Below are positions 17,501 through 26,759 of a stretch of 53,562 nucleotides of DNA, one piece after another (within the stretch, counting starts at the first letter, position 1; every line of letters starts with the position of its first letter). Source of the stretch: Gammaproteobacteria bacterium (GTDB taxonomy: Bacteria > Pseudomonadota > Gammaproteobacteria > Ga0077536); contig JAYTTZ010000247.1 in the NCBI GenBank assembly GCA_043744805.1, forward strand, positions 1 to 53,562, in the 5' to 3' direction. The notes beneath the pieces were generated by a model, which did not search any database, was not told the DNA's origin, and saw nothing but the letters and a program-made list of their open reading frames with translations. Made by a program: the position numbers and the translations under genes.

Positions 17501-19234
17501 ATGCGTAAGTACCTCCATTTCGACCTCCCCACCCTGGCCGTCCGCGAAGAACAGCTGACCCCCGAGCAGATTGCCCACGCCGGGCGTTACCTGATTGCCC
17601 GGACACTGGTCGACATGGGCGTCGCACAGGTCGATCCGCTATCGCCCGCCAATCCGCTCATTTTCTCCGCCGGCCCCTTTGCCGGCAGTAACTGGTCGAA
17701 CGCCAACCGCACCAGCGTCGGCTGCAAGAGCCCGCTGACGGGTGGCGTGAAGGAAGCCAACGCCGGGGGCACATTCGGACTCGCCATGGGGCAGCTCCAA
17801 ATCGCGGGCTTCACCCTGCACGGTGCGGCGGACGACTGGACCGTCATCCGCATCACCAAGGACGGCAGCATCACCTTCTTGCCCGGCACCGAGTACCTCG
17901 GGCAGGGCACCTTCGAGACCGCCCGCCTGCTGCACGGGAAGTACGGCAAGAAAGTGAGCCTTGCGATCTGCGGCCCGGTCGGCGAATACCAGGGCCTGCT
18001 GGCGGGCATTTCATTCAGCGACACCGACAACCGCCCTTCGCGGCTCGCCGCGCGCGGCGGCGTGGGCGCAGTGATGGGCGTAAAGAAGGTCAAGGCCATC
18101 GTGCTCGAGCTCGACAAGCTGCCGACCTTCCACGACCGCAAGAAAGTGCTGCAAGGCGTGAAGCAGTACAACGCCCTGTTGAAGGCCGATCCGGCCATCA
18201 AGATGTTCCAGGACTACGGCACGGCGGCGATGGCCGACTACACCAACCTCGTCGGTGGCCTGCCCACCAACAACTTCACGTCCGGTCGCCAGGTGGATCC
18301 GGAGAAGGGCCTGCTCAAGATGGGCGGTGACTTCATCCGCCAGCAGAACCTCGCGCGCGGCGGCACCACCACCCACGCCTGCATGCCGGGCTGCCTGATC
18401 GAATGCAGCAACGTCTATGCGGACAAGGATGGCAATGAAATCGTCTCTCCCGTCGAGTACGAAACCCTGGGGCTTATGGGCACCAACTGCGGCCTGACGG
18501 ATCCAGACGACCTCGCGATGCTCAACTGGCACGCCAACGATCTCGGCATCGACACCATCGAGACCGGCGCGACGATGGGCGTGCTGATGGACGCAGGCCT
18601 CGCGCCCTTTGGCGACCTACCCTTCCTGGTTTCCGTGATGGCGGAAATCCGTGCTGGCAGCGACAAGGGCAAGCTCTACGCCAGCGCCACGGCTCGGGTC
18701 GGCGCCCACTTCGGCGTGCAGCGCTGCCCCGTGATCAAAAAGCAGGCCATCAGTGCCTACGACCCGCGTGTCATCGAAGTGACCGGCATTTCCATGATGG
18801 TCACCGCGCAGGGCGCCGACCACACCACCGGCAACCTGCCGAAGTTCGACTGCAAGGACAAGACGGTCGACGATCTGGTGAAGGCGAGCCTGGAAATCCA
18901 GATCCTCTGCGCCGCACAGGACTCGCTGGGCCTGTGTGTGTTCGGTCGTTCGGTGACCAACATCAATACGGATTTCGTGACCACCGCGATCAACGATGCG
19001 CTGGGCACGCAATTGCCGATGAGCTTTTTCCAGGATCTCGGGCGCGCCACCCTGCAGCTCGAAGCCCAGTTCAACCGCGAAGCGGGTTTCACCGAAGCCG
19101 ACGACGAGCTGCCCCGGTTCTTCTATGCCGAAGCGCTGGAACCGTCGTTCAAGACGGCGCGCTTCCATACCAGTGAAGTGAACGAAGCCGTGCGGCGTTG
19201 GTGGGACCAGCAGGCACTGGCGCAGGCGATCTGA
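17501..19234 (+). CDS. Aldehyde:ferredoxin oxidoreductase family (W/Mo-bis-pyranopterin)
   Basis: Motifs KSPLTGGVKEANAGG, AARGGVGAVMG, CMPGCLIEC, EYETLGLMG, DLGIDTIE, GADHT, DSLGLC. Confidence 0.9.
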   Translation: MRKYLHFDLPTLAVREEQLTPEQIAHAGRYLIARTLVDMGVAQVDPLSPANPLIFSAGPFAGSNWSNANRTSVGCKSPLTGGVKEANAGGTFGLAMGQLQIAGFTLHGAADDWTVIRITKDGSITFLPGTEYLGQGTFETARLLHGKYGKKVSLAICGPVGEYQGLLAGISFSDTDNRPSRLAARGGVGAVMGVKKVKAIVLELDKLPTFHDRKKVLQGVKQYNALLKADPAIKMFQDYGTAAMADYTNLVGGLPTNNFTSGRQVDPEKGLLKMGGDFIRQQNLARGGTTTHACMPGCLIECSNVYADKDGNEIVSPVEYETLGLMGTNCGLTDPDDLAMLNWHANDLGIDTIETGATMGVLMDAGLAPFGDLPFLVSVMAEIRAGSDKGKLYASATARVGAHFGVQRCPVIKKQAISAYDPRVIEVTGISMMVTAQGADHTTGNLPKFDCKDKTVDDLVKASLEIQILCAAQDSLGLCVFGRSVTNINTDFVTTAINDALGTQLPMSFFQDLGRATLQLEAQFNREAGFTEADDELPRFFYAEALEPSFKTARFHTSEVNEAVRRWWDQQALAQAI

Positions 19235-19262
19235 TCAACTCCCCTGCCTGGGCGCTGCCACC

Positions 19263-20540
19263 TTGCACACCGTGCTAGCGAACGCCGCTGCGTGCCCGGG
19301 CACCCTGCCGCCACCTGCCGTTGCCGCGGCTGGCGGCCTGCGCCTGCAGGTCTTTCGCAACCTCGCCACCGTTGATCGAGAAGCCTGGGATGAAATCGCC
19401 GGGTCCTCGGCGGTCATCCGCTCCCATGACTACCTGCGTGCGGTAGCTGCGGCGGGACTCAACGACTGCCAGTATTTCTATCCGATCGTGACCGACGAGC
19501 GCGGTCGCATCCTCGCGCACTGCTGCGTCTATACGATCACCACCGATCTCACCCAAATCCTGCCCGCAGGCCTGCAGGGCGTCGCGAGCGCCCTGCGTCG
19601 GCTGTGGCCGGGCTTCCTGCAGGTGAAACTGACCGAATGCGCGTCCCCGCACGTCATTGGCCATGCGTTTTCATTCCGAGACGGCGCGCCGCGTGCCGAA
19701 CTCCTGCTCTTGCTGGAATCCGCCATTGCCAGCATCGCGGCCGCAGCGGGCAGCCCGCTCATCGTCATCCGTGATTTCCTGGCCGAGGAACTGCCGGCAT
19801 TCGAGCGGCTGGGCCAGTGCGGCTACCAACGCGTCTCCAACCAGCCGCAAGCGCGCATCGCGCTGCGCTGGCCAAGCTACGCCCAATACCTCGCCAGCAT
19901 GCGTTCCCGGTATCGCAAGGATCTCGGTCGGCGTCTCCGGCGCGCCGCTGCCCTCAAGCAGGTCGTCGCGGTGGAGACGGACTTCGCCGGGCGCGCGGAC
20001 GACTGCGCGGAACAGGTCCGTATGGCCTATGAACGCAGCGTGGGCGTCAAACGCGAAGTCCTGAACGCCAGCTACTTCCGCGAACTCAGCGAGCAGCTTG
20101 GGGGGCGCAGTGCGCTGCTGGTGGCAACCCGCGAAGGCGCGATGGTGGGCCACGGCATGGTGCTGGCCGACGACACCCAACTCGTAGCCACCTATTCGGG
20201 CCGCGGCGAAGGTCCGCCGGATGACGTCTGGTTCCAGTTGCTCGACGCCGCCATTCGCCTTGGCCTCGCCCGCGGGCTCAAGTACCTCAACCTTGGTCTT
20301 GGCTCCTACGAGGCAAAGTCCCTGATGGGCGCTGAACTCCTGCCGCTGTCCTGCTACAGCCGTAGCCGCTATGCGCTGGTGAACTGGTTGATGCGCCGCG
20401 TGCCGCGCGCGATGGAGTCCGCGCTGCCCCGCGTGCACCATGTCTTCCACGCCGAAGGCTCAGGCGCGGTGGCGCGAAGCCAGCAGTTCCCACCAGCCGC
20501 CGAGGAGGCCCGTCGCGAGCCGGTAGCTGTAGAGCAGTGA
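19263..20540 (+). CDS. Tandem-GNAT / FemAB-like acyltransferase
   Basis: Motifs WPSYAQYLASMRSRYRKDL, LNASYFREL, LNLGLGSYEAKSLMGA. Start uncertain. Confidence 0.7.
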   Translation: MHTVLANAAACPGTLPPPAVAAAGGLRLQVFRNLATVDREAWDEIAGSSAVIRSHDYLRAVAAAGLNDCQYFYPIVTDERGRILAHCCVYTITTDLTQILPAGLQGVASALRRLWPGFLQVKLTECASPHVIGHAFSFRDGAPRAELLLLLESAIASIAAAAGSPLIVIRDFLAEELPAFERLGQCGYQRVSNQPQARIALRWPSYAQYLASMRSRYRKDLGRRLRRAAALKQVVAVETDFAGRADDCAEQVRMAYERSVGVKREVLNASYFRELSEQLGGRSALLVATREGAMVGHGMVLADDTQLVATYSGRGEGPPDDVWFQLLDAAIRLGLARGLKYLNLGLGSYEAKSLMGAELLPLSCYSRSRYALVNWLMRRVPRAMESALPRVHHVFHAEGSGAVARSQQFPPAAEEARREPVAVEQ

Positions 20541-21365
20541 CACCAGCAGCAGGGCTTCGGCCCGCGACAAGCCCAGCGTGAGGTAGAACCCGAGGCCCGC
20601 GACGTCGCTCGCGCCAGCGCCGGCCACGTTGATCGGCACCATGTGGAAGAGCCCCGAGCCCGTCATCACCAGCGCCATCCGCGGGTAATCGATGGGCAAA
20701 TGCCAGTGGCGGCTGCCGATCCACACGGCCGCCGCGAGCAGCAGGTGCATCGCCGCCGACCACCCCGCCGCCGCCAGCACGGCGCGACGTTCCGTCCACA
20801 GGAGTCGAATCTGTTGTGACGGCCAGCGCCCGCTGATCCGCAGGACGCCACCTGCCAGCATGCCCAGCATCACCATCGCGAGTGGAATGCCGAAGGACCA
20901 CCTGCCGAATGGATTGAGCGTGACGAGTAGCAGGCTCGCCAGGGTAAACAGCACCACCGCGCCAATCGCATGGTCGAGGACCAGGATGGCGCCAATCTCA
21001 AGCGCGCTGCGTCCCGGTGCATGCGCGCGGATGCGCGTGAAGCGCGTCAGTTCCGCGCCTACTGACAGCGGCACGAAGAAATGCCAGAACACGGACAGGG
21101 TGGTGATGCGCAGGGCATCGACGAGTTGCAGTCGAATCCCGCCTATGCCCATCACCGTGCGAAATCGCTGCGCGAAGCAGAGCATCGAAGCCAGGGTCAC
21201 GAGGAAACCCTGGAGCAGGGCCCAGTCCCACAGCGACACGGCGCGCTCGTCGAGTGCCCAGCGGCCCAGCGCGCAGATCCCTGCCGCCATGACGGCAGCC
21301 TTGGCCAGCCACCAGCGGTGACCGTGCGTAAGGCGCTGCCAGCGCGCGCGCCAATCGTGCGACAT
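20460..21365 (-). CDS. Lysylphosphatidylglycerol-synthase TM (flippase-like) domain protein
   Basis: Multi-TM protein with FFVPLSVGAELTR, VPINVAGAGASD, SLLYSYRL. Confidence 0.7.
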   Translation of the reverse strand: MSHDWRARWQRLTHGHRWWLAKAAVMAAGICALGRWALDERAVSLWDWALLQGFLVTLASMLCFAQRFRTVMGIGGIRLQLVDALRITTLSVFWHFFVPLSVGAELTRFTRIRAHAPGRSALEIGAILVLDHAIGAVVLFTLASLLLVTLNPFGRWSFGIPLAMVMLGMLAGGVLRISGRWPSQQIRLLWTERRAVLAAAGWSAAMHLLLAAAVWIGSRHWHLPIDYPRMALVMTGSGLFHMVPINVAGAGASDVAGLGFYLTLGLSRAEALLLVSLLYSYRLATGLLGGWWELLASRHRA

Positions 21366-21594
21366 GTCCCGTCCGTGTGTGAGGTGGATGCCGGCGAAGC
21401 ATAGGGAGCGCGAGGCCAGCGGCCTAGCCGTCGCAAGAAAATCCAGCGTGCCCTGGCCCTGGCCCGCTCACGCCTACGCGGCCGACGTTTTCCACCAGCG
21501 GGCGAGGTCACGGCAAATCCGCGGTCGTTTGCGCGACCACCGAAACTCGTTATCCTCGGCCCATCCCCGCACGCGCGCCGCAGGAGGCCATCCT

Positions 21595-21780
21595 ATGCAG
21601 TCCATCGTCAGGATTCCACGCCGGCAGGCGCTCACCGGCGCTGCAGACGCTACCCGCAGCGCGCTCGCGGCTGCCGCACTGGGGCTTGCCATCCTGTGGA
21701 CGGTTGGTTTCTCGCCGATCGATGCCGTGCACAACGCCGCCCACGACACGCGCCATACCATGGCCTTCCCCTGCCACTGA
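21595..21780 (+). CDS. cbtB: Cobalt transporter subunit CbtB
   Basis: One TM helix followed by VHNAAHDTRHTMAFPCH. RBS AGGAGG upstream. Confidence 0.92.
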   Translation: MQSIVRIPRRQALTGAADATRSALAAAALGLAILWTVGFSPIDAVHNAAHDTRHTMAFPCH

Positions 21781-21790
21781 TTTTTTCCCC

Positions 21791-22432
21791 TTGAACGCTT
21801 TCCAGCGACTGCTCCATTGGGCCCTGCTCGCTGGCGGGACTTCCGGCCTGCTGCTGACAGGCCTCCACCAGGTCTTTGCCGTTCCCCTCATTCTTGCCGC
21901 CGAAACGCTGGAATCCCCTGTCGGAACCGGTGTGGCCGACTGGTCGCGTGTCGGCGGCACGGTGCTGGCCGACAGCCTGGCCGGCATCGGCTTCGCGCTG
22001 CTGCTGGGCGCCGTCTGGCGGTGGCGGGGGAGGGCGCTTGACTGGCGTCGTGGCTTGCTGTGGGGGTTGGCCGGGTTCTACGTCATGGCGCTCGCGCCGG
22101 CCTTTGGCCTGCCGCCCGAACTGCCCGGCGCGGCCAGCGCAGCGCTGGCCACCCGTGAAGCCTGGTGGCTGGCGACCGTCGTGTGCTCTGCACTCGGGCT
22201 GGCGGCCCTGGTGTTCCTGCCGGGTCTCGCACGCAAACTGCCGGGCCTGCTGCTGCTCAGCATCCCGCATCTTGCTGGCGCCCCGCTGGCGTTGGGAAGC
22301 GAGAGCCTCGCCACTGCTGCGATGACCGCGCAGTTCCAGTGGGTGGCCCTGGCCAGCAGCGCCGTCTTCTGGCTGGCCCTCGGCGCCCTTGGCGGTGCGC
22401 TGTATCCCCGTGTTGTCCACGCCCCCGGCTGA
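21791..22432 (+). CDS. cbtA: Cobalt transporter subunit CbtA
   Basis: Motifs PLILAAET, GLLWGLAG, GLPPELPG, WWLAT, PHLAGAP. TTG start inferred. Confidence 0.85.
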   Translation: MNAFQRLLHWALLAGGTSGLLLTGLHQVFAVPLILAAETLESPVGTGVADWSRVGGTVLADSLAGIGFALLLGAVWRWRGRALDWRRGLLWGLAGFYVMALAPAFGLPPELPGAASAALATREAWWLATVVCSALGLAALVFLPGLARKLPGLLLLSIPHLAGAPLALGSESLATAAMTAQFQWVALASSAVFWLALGALGGALYPRVVHAPG

Positions 22433-22512
22433 GTCCGTCCATTCGGGGGCGGTTGCGGCCCCCTGCCAAACCTCGCCCAAGCAGGCCCTGCCTGCGCGCT
22501 CGTGCGGGCGCT

Positions 22513-22571
22513 ACGCCAACCCGAATCACGCAGGGCGGACTCACGGTCGCACGGTGATCGGGGCGGTGACT
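22513..22571 (+). repeat. Exact 59-bp inverted copy of 26345..26403
   Basis: ACGCCAACCCGAATCACGCAGGGCGGACTCACGGTCGCACGGTGATCGGGGCGGTGACT equals the reverse complement of 26345..26403. The peptide RQPESRRADSRSHGDRGGD appears in both ORFs. Confidence 0.95.
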
Positions 22572-22865
22572 TCCCGCATCGCTGGGGGCAGGTGAAGGCA
22601 TACATCGCCAGCATGAAAAAGCTCTGGACGGGGGAGTACGTGTCGCACGAAGGCAAGGACCTGAACTTCGGCCCGGTCATCTGCCTGCCCAAACCCACCA
22701 GCTGCCCCCATGCGCCAATCCTGCTCGGCAGCAGCGGTTCGCCCAACGTCTATCGCCGCGAAGCTGGCCGATGCCGGCGCCGACAACAGGGTGCTATGGC
22801 TGAAGTCGGAAACCGAAGCCGACGTGCTGGCCGAAATGGAAGCGCTGGCGAAGGCACTGTTCTAG
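22562..22865 (+). pseudogene. Remnant of an LLM-class (F420-type) oxidoreductase, 5'-truncated and internally deleted
   Basis: GDFPHRW...MKKLWTGEYVSHEGK...PKP...PILLGS aligns by eye with the intact LLM gene at 29409..30257. It then shifts frame near 22760 into a C-terminal AKLADAGAD...EMEALAKALF*. Confidence 0.8.
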
Positions 22866-22899
22866 CAGCCTGTCGGACTTGGGGAGCGTCGGCTGCTAG
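22862..22899. mobile_element. Collapsed MITE-like remnant
   Basis: CTAGCAGCCTGTCGGACTTGGGG...GGCTGCTAG: the left end matches the element end at 75..97 over 23 bp, and the termini form a 9-bp inverted repeat ending in CTAG. Confidence 0.6.
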
Positions 22900-22912
22900 T
22901 CGCGGCAGGAAG

Positions 22913-22937
22913 ATCCCGATCCGCGCGGGATCGGGAT
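22913..22937. terminator. Hairpin downstream of the PhoX-like gene (possible terminator)
   Basis: ATCCCGATCC-N5-GGATCGGGAT, with only a weak U tract. Confidence 0.4.
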
Positions 22938-22957
22938 GCTTTCGGGGCTGTCCGGAG

Positions 22958-24103
22958 TCAGCCCCGGAACGGCCCCGTCACTTCGAAGGTCATGCCCCGC
23001 TTGCCGTCCGTCCCGCGCTGCGAACTTACGTAGAGCCGGCTGCCAGCGGGATTGAATGCAAGGCCGGCAAGTTCGGACTGGTCGTGTCCCACCAGCTGGA
23101 GGAACGGCGCGGCGCGGCGTTGCGCGTTGGTGCCGGTGAGCAGCACCACTTGCAGGTCGTCGGAATCCTCGCCCACGAACACATCGTTGCTACGTTCGTG
23201 CACGGTGACGTTGTCCGGTTCGCGCAGCGGCGCCAGCGGGCCCAGCGCGCGCGCGTCGTAGATGATCTCCAGCTGCTGGGCGCCGGTCTCCAGCGCCCAG
23301 ATACGGTGGTCCGCGGTGGTGGAGAAGTACACCACGCCGCGCGAGAACCACGCCCCTTCCGCGCGGGCAAACGCGCGGGTTCCAGGGCTGCGGCACGGCG
23401 CGTCCGAGGCTGCGGCCACCCAGTCGACCACGCCCGCCGCTGACACCGTGGCAGCCTCAAGTACGCCTTTATCCAGCCTGCCCTGCACCTCGGGCCGGAA
23501 GCGATACAGCCGGCTGTCGGGATGGTCTTCGGTGAGGTAGACGAAACCGGTCTTCGGATCGACCACCGCGGCTTCGTGTGCGAAGGCGCCGAGCGCCGGC
23601 CGCACGACGCCCTGGCCTGGCCGCAGTGGATCGCACTCCCAGACCTGGCCCTGCGGGAATTCCTCGCAGGACAGCCACGTGCCCCAGGGCGTGGCGCCGC
23701 CGCCGCAATTGCCGTGCGTGCCGTCGAGGATGCGGTAGGCGCGGTCGAGCGTGCCGGTACGGTTGAAGCCCAGCACGCCCACGCCGCCGCGGTGTGCCCG
23801 GTGTTCGGAGTTCGACACATAGACCCAACCGCCATCGGGCCGCGCGAAGCAGGCGCCGCCGTCGGGCGCGTCGTGCCAGGTGAGGTCGGTGCCCGGAACA
23901 CGTTCCCCGGTCGTGGCAAGCCGATGTGCGGTGAAGCCCGGTGGCAGGCGCACGCCGTCTGCGTTGGGGGCACCGAGCTCGCCATAGGGGGAAGGCCCCG
24001 TGATGGCAGCGGCAAAGACCTGTCGCCAAGGCAAGGTGAGTTCGCCCAGGCTTGCACCGGAGGCCAGGGCCGCCTTGAGGAGCCAACGTCTGTTTCTATC
24101 CAT
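22958..24103 (-). CDS. Tat-exported PhoX/DUF839-like alkaline phosphatase family protein
   Basis: Twin-arginine signal NRRWLLK; motifs PDGGA, YVSNSE, NCGGGATPWGTWLSCEE, FAHEAA, YLTED, PDNVT, LYVSSQRG. Confidence 0.85.
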   Translation of the reverse strand: MDRNRRWLLKAALASGASLGELTLPWRQVFAAAITGPSPYGELGAPNADGVRLPPGFTAHRLATTGERVPGTDLTWHDAPDGGACFARPDGGWVYVSNSEHRAHRGGVGVLGFNRTGTLDRAYRILDGTHGNCGGGATPWGTWLSCEEFPQGQVWECDPLRPGQGVVRPALGAFAHEAAVVDPKTGFVYLTEDHPDSRLYRFRPEVQGRLDKGVLEAATVSAAGVVDWVAAASDAPCRSPGTRAFARAEGAWFSRGVVYFSTTADHRIWALETGAQQLEIIYDARALGPLAPLREPDNVTVHERSNDVFVGEDSDDLQVVLLTGTNAQRRAAPFLQLVGHDQSELAGLAFNPAGSRLYVSSQRGTDGKRGMTFEVTGPFRG

Positions 24104-24243
24104 GGTGCGGGTTCCAGTCTTTCATTACGTCCGGCATAACCGAAAATTCTTGCGGTCGTGTGAACGCGCCCTGCGGGCGGCTGGCTTCGCCTGCGCCGCC
24201 GCTGCATGCTGCGGCCTCTTTCGAACCAGCCCCGGGAGTCTCC

Positions 24244-25323
24244 ATGGAGAAGAAACGACTTGGCAACAGTGCCTTCGACGTCACCCGCATCTGCCTGGGC
24301 ACGATGACCTGGGGCGAGCAGAACACGGCGGCCGATGCCCATGCGCAGATCGAACGTGCGCTGGCACTCGGGATCAATTTCATCGACACCGCCGAGATGT
24401 ATCCGGTGCCGCCAGGCCGCGAAACCCAGGGCCGCACCGAAACCCTGATCGGCGAGTGGAACGCGCGGAACCGCGCGCGCCGCGGCGAGTTCTTGCTGGC
24501 TTCGAAGATTGCCGGTCCCGGGCGCCGCGACTGGATCCGCAATGGCGACACCCGCCTCACGGCGAAGACCATTCCCTGGGCCATCGACGACAGCCTTGGG
24601 CGCCTGCAGACCGACTACATCGACCTGTACCAGATCCACTGGCCAGAACGAAACGTGCCGATGTTCGGCGCCTGGCAGTTCGACGTGAAGAAAGAGAAGG
24701 AATCAACGCCCGTACTCGAACAGATCGAAGCCCTCGGCGCGGCGATCAAGGCCGGCAAGATCCGCGCGTACGGCTTGTCCAACGAAACCTGCTTCGGCGT
24801 CTGCGAATTCGTGCGTCTCGCGCGGGAACACGGCCTGGCGACGCCGGTGTCGATCCAGAACGGCTACAACCTCGTCATCCGCACCTTCGACGGCGATCTC
24901 GCCGAAGCGAGCCATCGGCTCGACGTGCCGCTGCTCGCCTATTCACCGCTGGCGATGGGCCTGCTTACCGGCAAGTACGCGCCGAGTCCTGGCGCCTTGC
25001 CTGCGTTCGACCCGGGCATGGCGGGACTCGAACGTGCGCGGCTCGCGCTGTTCCCGCAGTTTGGCGATCGCTACAAGCGGCCGCGTGCCATGGAAGCGGC
25101 GGCTGAATACGCCAAGTTGGCGCGCCGCCACGGCCTGACCTTGCTGGAACTCGCGCTGGCCTTCGTGCACCAGCGCTTCTTCGTGGCGTCCACGATCATC
25201 GGTGCGACGTCGGTGGCGCAACTCGAGGAACAGGTGCGCGCCTTCGATGTGACCCTCTCACCGGAAGTGCTGGCCGACATCGAAGCCGTGCACGCGGTGT
25301 ATACCAGCCCGGCCGGTCAATAA
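24244..25323 (+). CDS. Aldo/keto reductase, Tas-like
   Basis: Motifs ICLGTMTWGEQN, FIDTAEMYPVP, IDLYQIHWP, GLSNET, LLAYSPLA. Confidence 0.92.
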   Translation: MEKKRLGNSAFDVTRICLGTMTWGEQNTAADAHAQIERALALGINFIDTAEMYPVPPGRETQGRTETLIGEWNARNRARRGEFLLASKIAGPGRRDWIRNGDTRLTAKTIPWAIDDSLGRLQTDYIDLYQIHWPERNVPMFGAWQFDVKKEKESTPVLEQIEALGAAIKAGKIRAYGLSNETCFGVCEFVRLAREHGLATPVSIQNGYNLVIRTFDGDLAEASHRLDVPLLAYSPLAMGLLTGKYAPSPGALPAFDPGMAGLERARLALFPQFGDRYKRPRAMEAAAEYAKLARRHGLTLLELALAFVHQRFFVASTIIGATSVAQLEEQVRAFDVTLSPEVLADIEAVHAVYTSPAGQ

Positions 25324-25326
25324 GGC

Positions 25327-25938
25327 TCAGTAGCCCGGCGGGGGCGCCATGCCCGGCGGCGGATACGCTGGCGCAGGCTTCTGTCCTGGTGGGGCGATGG
25401 CGCCGGGCGGTGGCGTGCCCGGCGGCGGATAGGCGGGGGCAGCCTGTTGCTGCGGCATCGCCATCTGCTGTTGCTGCTGCAGGCGTGCCGCGACGCTGGC
25501 CGAGACCGGGACCTGGTGGCCTTTTGCGTACATGCACTGCACGTAGGCACCGTCATAGCGGTCCTGCTGTGCGTCACCGCTTTCAGCATAGGCCTCGGTA
25601 CCCGAGGCACTGCCAAACAGCAGGCCGGCACCTGCACCAAGCGCCGCGCCCGTGCCCGCCGAGCCCGAGGCCGCGCCGAGCAAAGCCCCGGCGGCGGCAC
25701 CCACTACCGTACCGACTGCCGCACTGTTCACGCCGCTGTCGCTCGCCGCTTGTCCGGGTGCCGGTCCGATGATGGAACGCGCGTAGGCCTTGCAGCTTCC
25801 GTCGTCGGCCTGGAACTGCTCGAAGCTCACGTTCGTCCCGGGCAGCGCCATCCTGCTGGGTCCTGCGGGGTAGGTCGCGCAGCCAGCCAGCACGGTGGCC
25901 AGCGCCAGCCCACTACTACGGAGGAAAAGTTGTTGCAT
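25327..25938 (-). CDS. Glycine-zipper (YMGG-like) lipoprotein with Pro-rich tail
   Basis: Lipobox LAGC; Gly zipper GTVVGAAAGALLG; YVQCMYAKGHQVP; YPPPG repeats. Confidence 0.8.
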   Translation of the reverse strand: MQQLFLRSSGLALATVLAGCATYPAGPSRMALPGTNVSFEQFQADDGSCKAYARSIIGPAPGQAASDSGVNSAAVGTVVGAAAGALLGAASGSAGTGAALGAGAGLLFGSASGTEAYAESGDAQQDRYDGAYVQCMYAKGHQVPVSASVAARLQQQQQMAMPQQQAAPAYPPPGTPPPGAIAPPGQKPAPAYPPPGMAPPPGY

Positions 25939-25964
25939 GGACAGGGTTCCTTGGCGCGGATCGC

Positions 25965-26567
25965 TCAGCGCGGCGTCGAGATGGGCGGCAGGCTGGCCGG
26001 GTCTACCGGGATCCACTGCTGCTCGCACTGCGGTACGTAGGGGTAGTAGCCGGCAGGCTTCTGGCAGTAGTACCAAAGCTGCGGCGCCGGGGGCGCGCTG
26101 GGTTGCGGGTTGACCACTACCGGATCGCGCTGGATGTACACGGGTGGTTCCCGCTCGATGATCACTGTCCGTGGCGCGGGCTCGTAGTAGTAGGGCGGGT
26201 AGTAACCCCAGGGGCGCGGGTTCCAGAAGGGATCCCCATACACCGGGCCGCCAAGATACAGGCCGAAACTCGTGTGCGAGCGGCCGGCGTACCGATAACC
26301 CCAGTCGCGGTCATCGTCGCGGTGGTGATAGCCGCGATCTCCCCAGTCACCGCCCCGATCACCGTGCGACCGTGAGTCCGCCCTGCGTGATTCGGGTTGG
26401 CGTGGGCCCACGAACCTCGGGCCGCCACGCTGGGGCGCCTGCACGGCGCGATCCTGCGCGGCGGCGGCACGGCTGTTGCGGTTGCGCGACTCGTCATCGG
26501 CATGGGCAGGCAGTCCCATGCCAAGCAGGGGCAGGAGCGCCAGGAACGGGGCGAGGGTTATTTTCAT
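25965..26567 (-). CDS. Secreted Pro/Tyr-rich protein
   Basis: Signal peptide ending AHA; PVYIQ; C-terminal WYYCQKPAGYYPYVPQCEQQW. Directly upstream of the Gly-zipper lipoprotein. Confidence 0.75.
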   Translation of the reverse strand: MKITLAPFLALLPLLGMGLPAHADDESRNRNSRAAAAQDRAVQAPQRGGPRFVGPRQPESRRADSRSHGDRGGDWGDRGYHHRDDDRDWGYRYAGRSHTSFGLYLGGPVYGDPFWNPRPWGYYPPYYYEPAPRTVIIEREPPVYIQRDPVVVNPQPSAPPAPQLWYYCQKPAGYYPYVPQCEQQWIPVDPASLPPISTPR

Positions 26568-26759
26568 CGCATTGACTCCACGCGTTGTGTTTGGCCGGAT
26601 CCGTGCTCGACGAGGCTAAGCGCCATCAATGGTTGAGCGTGTCCTTGGCTTCGATGTCCCCAGACTGGGCGCAAGGGATTGAACGACCACTGAATGGGCA
26701 GGCTCGTCGGCGAGGACTCGGCCTATACTTCAGTCACGAGCCTCGGGAGAAAGTTCGCA

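Noticed and set aside
21370-21594. Cobalamin riboswitch upstream of cbtB
   Set aside because: The conserved GGGAA...GCCCCCGCAACTGT core was not found.
22502-23443. 313-aa + strand ORF
   Set aside because: It is a chimera of the 59-bp duplicate, the LLM remnant, the MITE and the antisense strand of the PhoX-like gene, not a coherent protein.
24104-24243. Pho box upstream of the PhoX-like gene
   Set aside because: The best half-sites (GTTAT and GTAAT) are 12 bp apart rather than 11 and match poorly.
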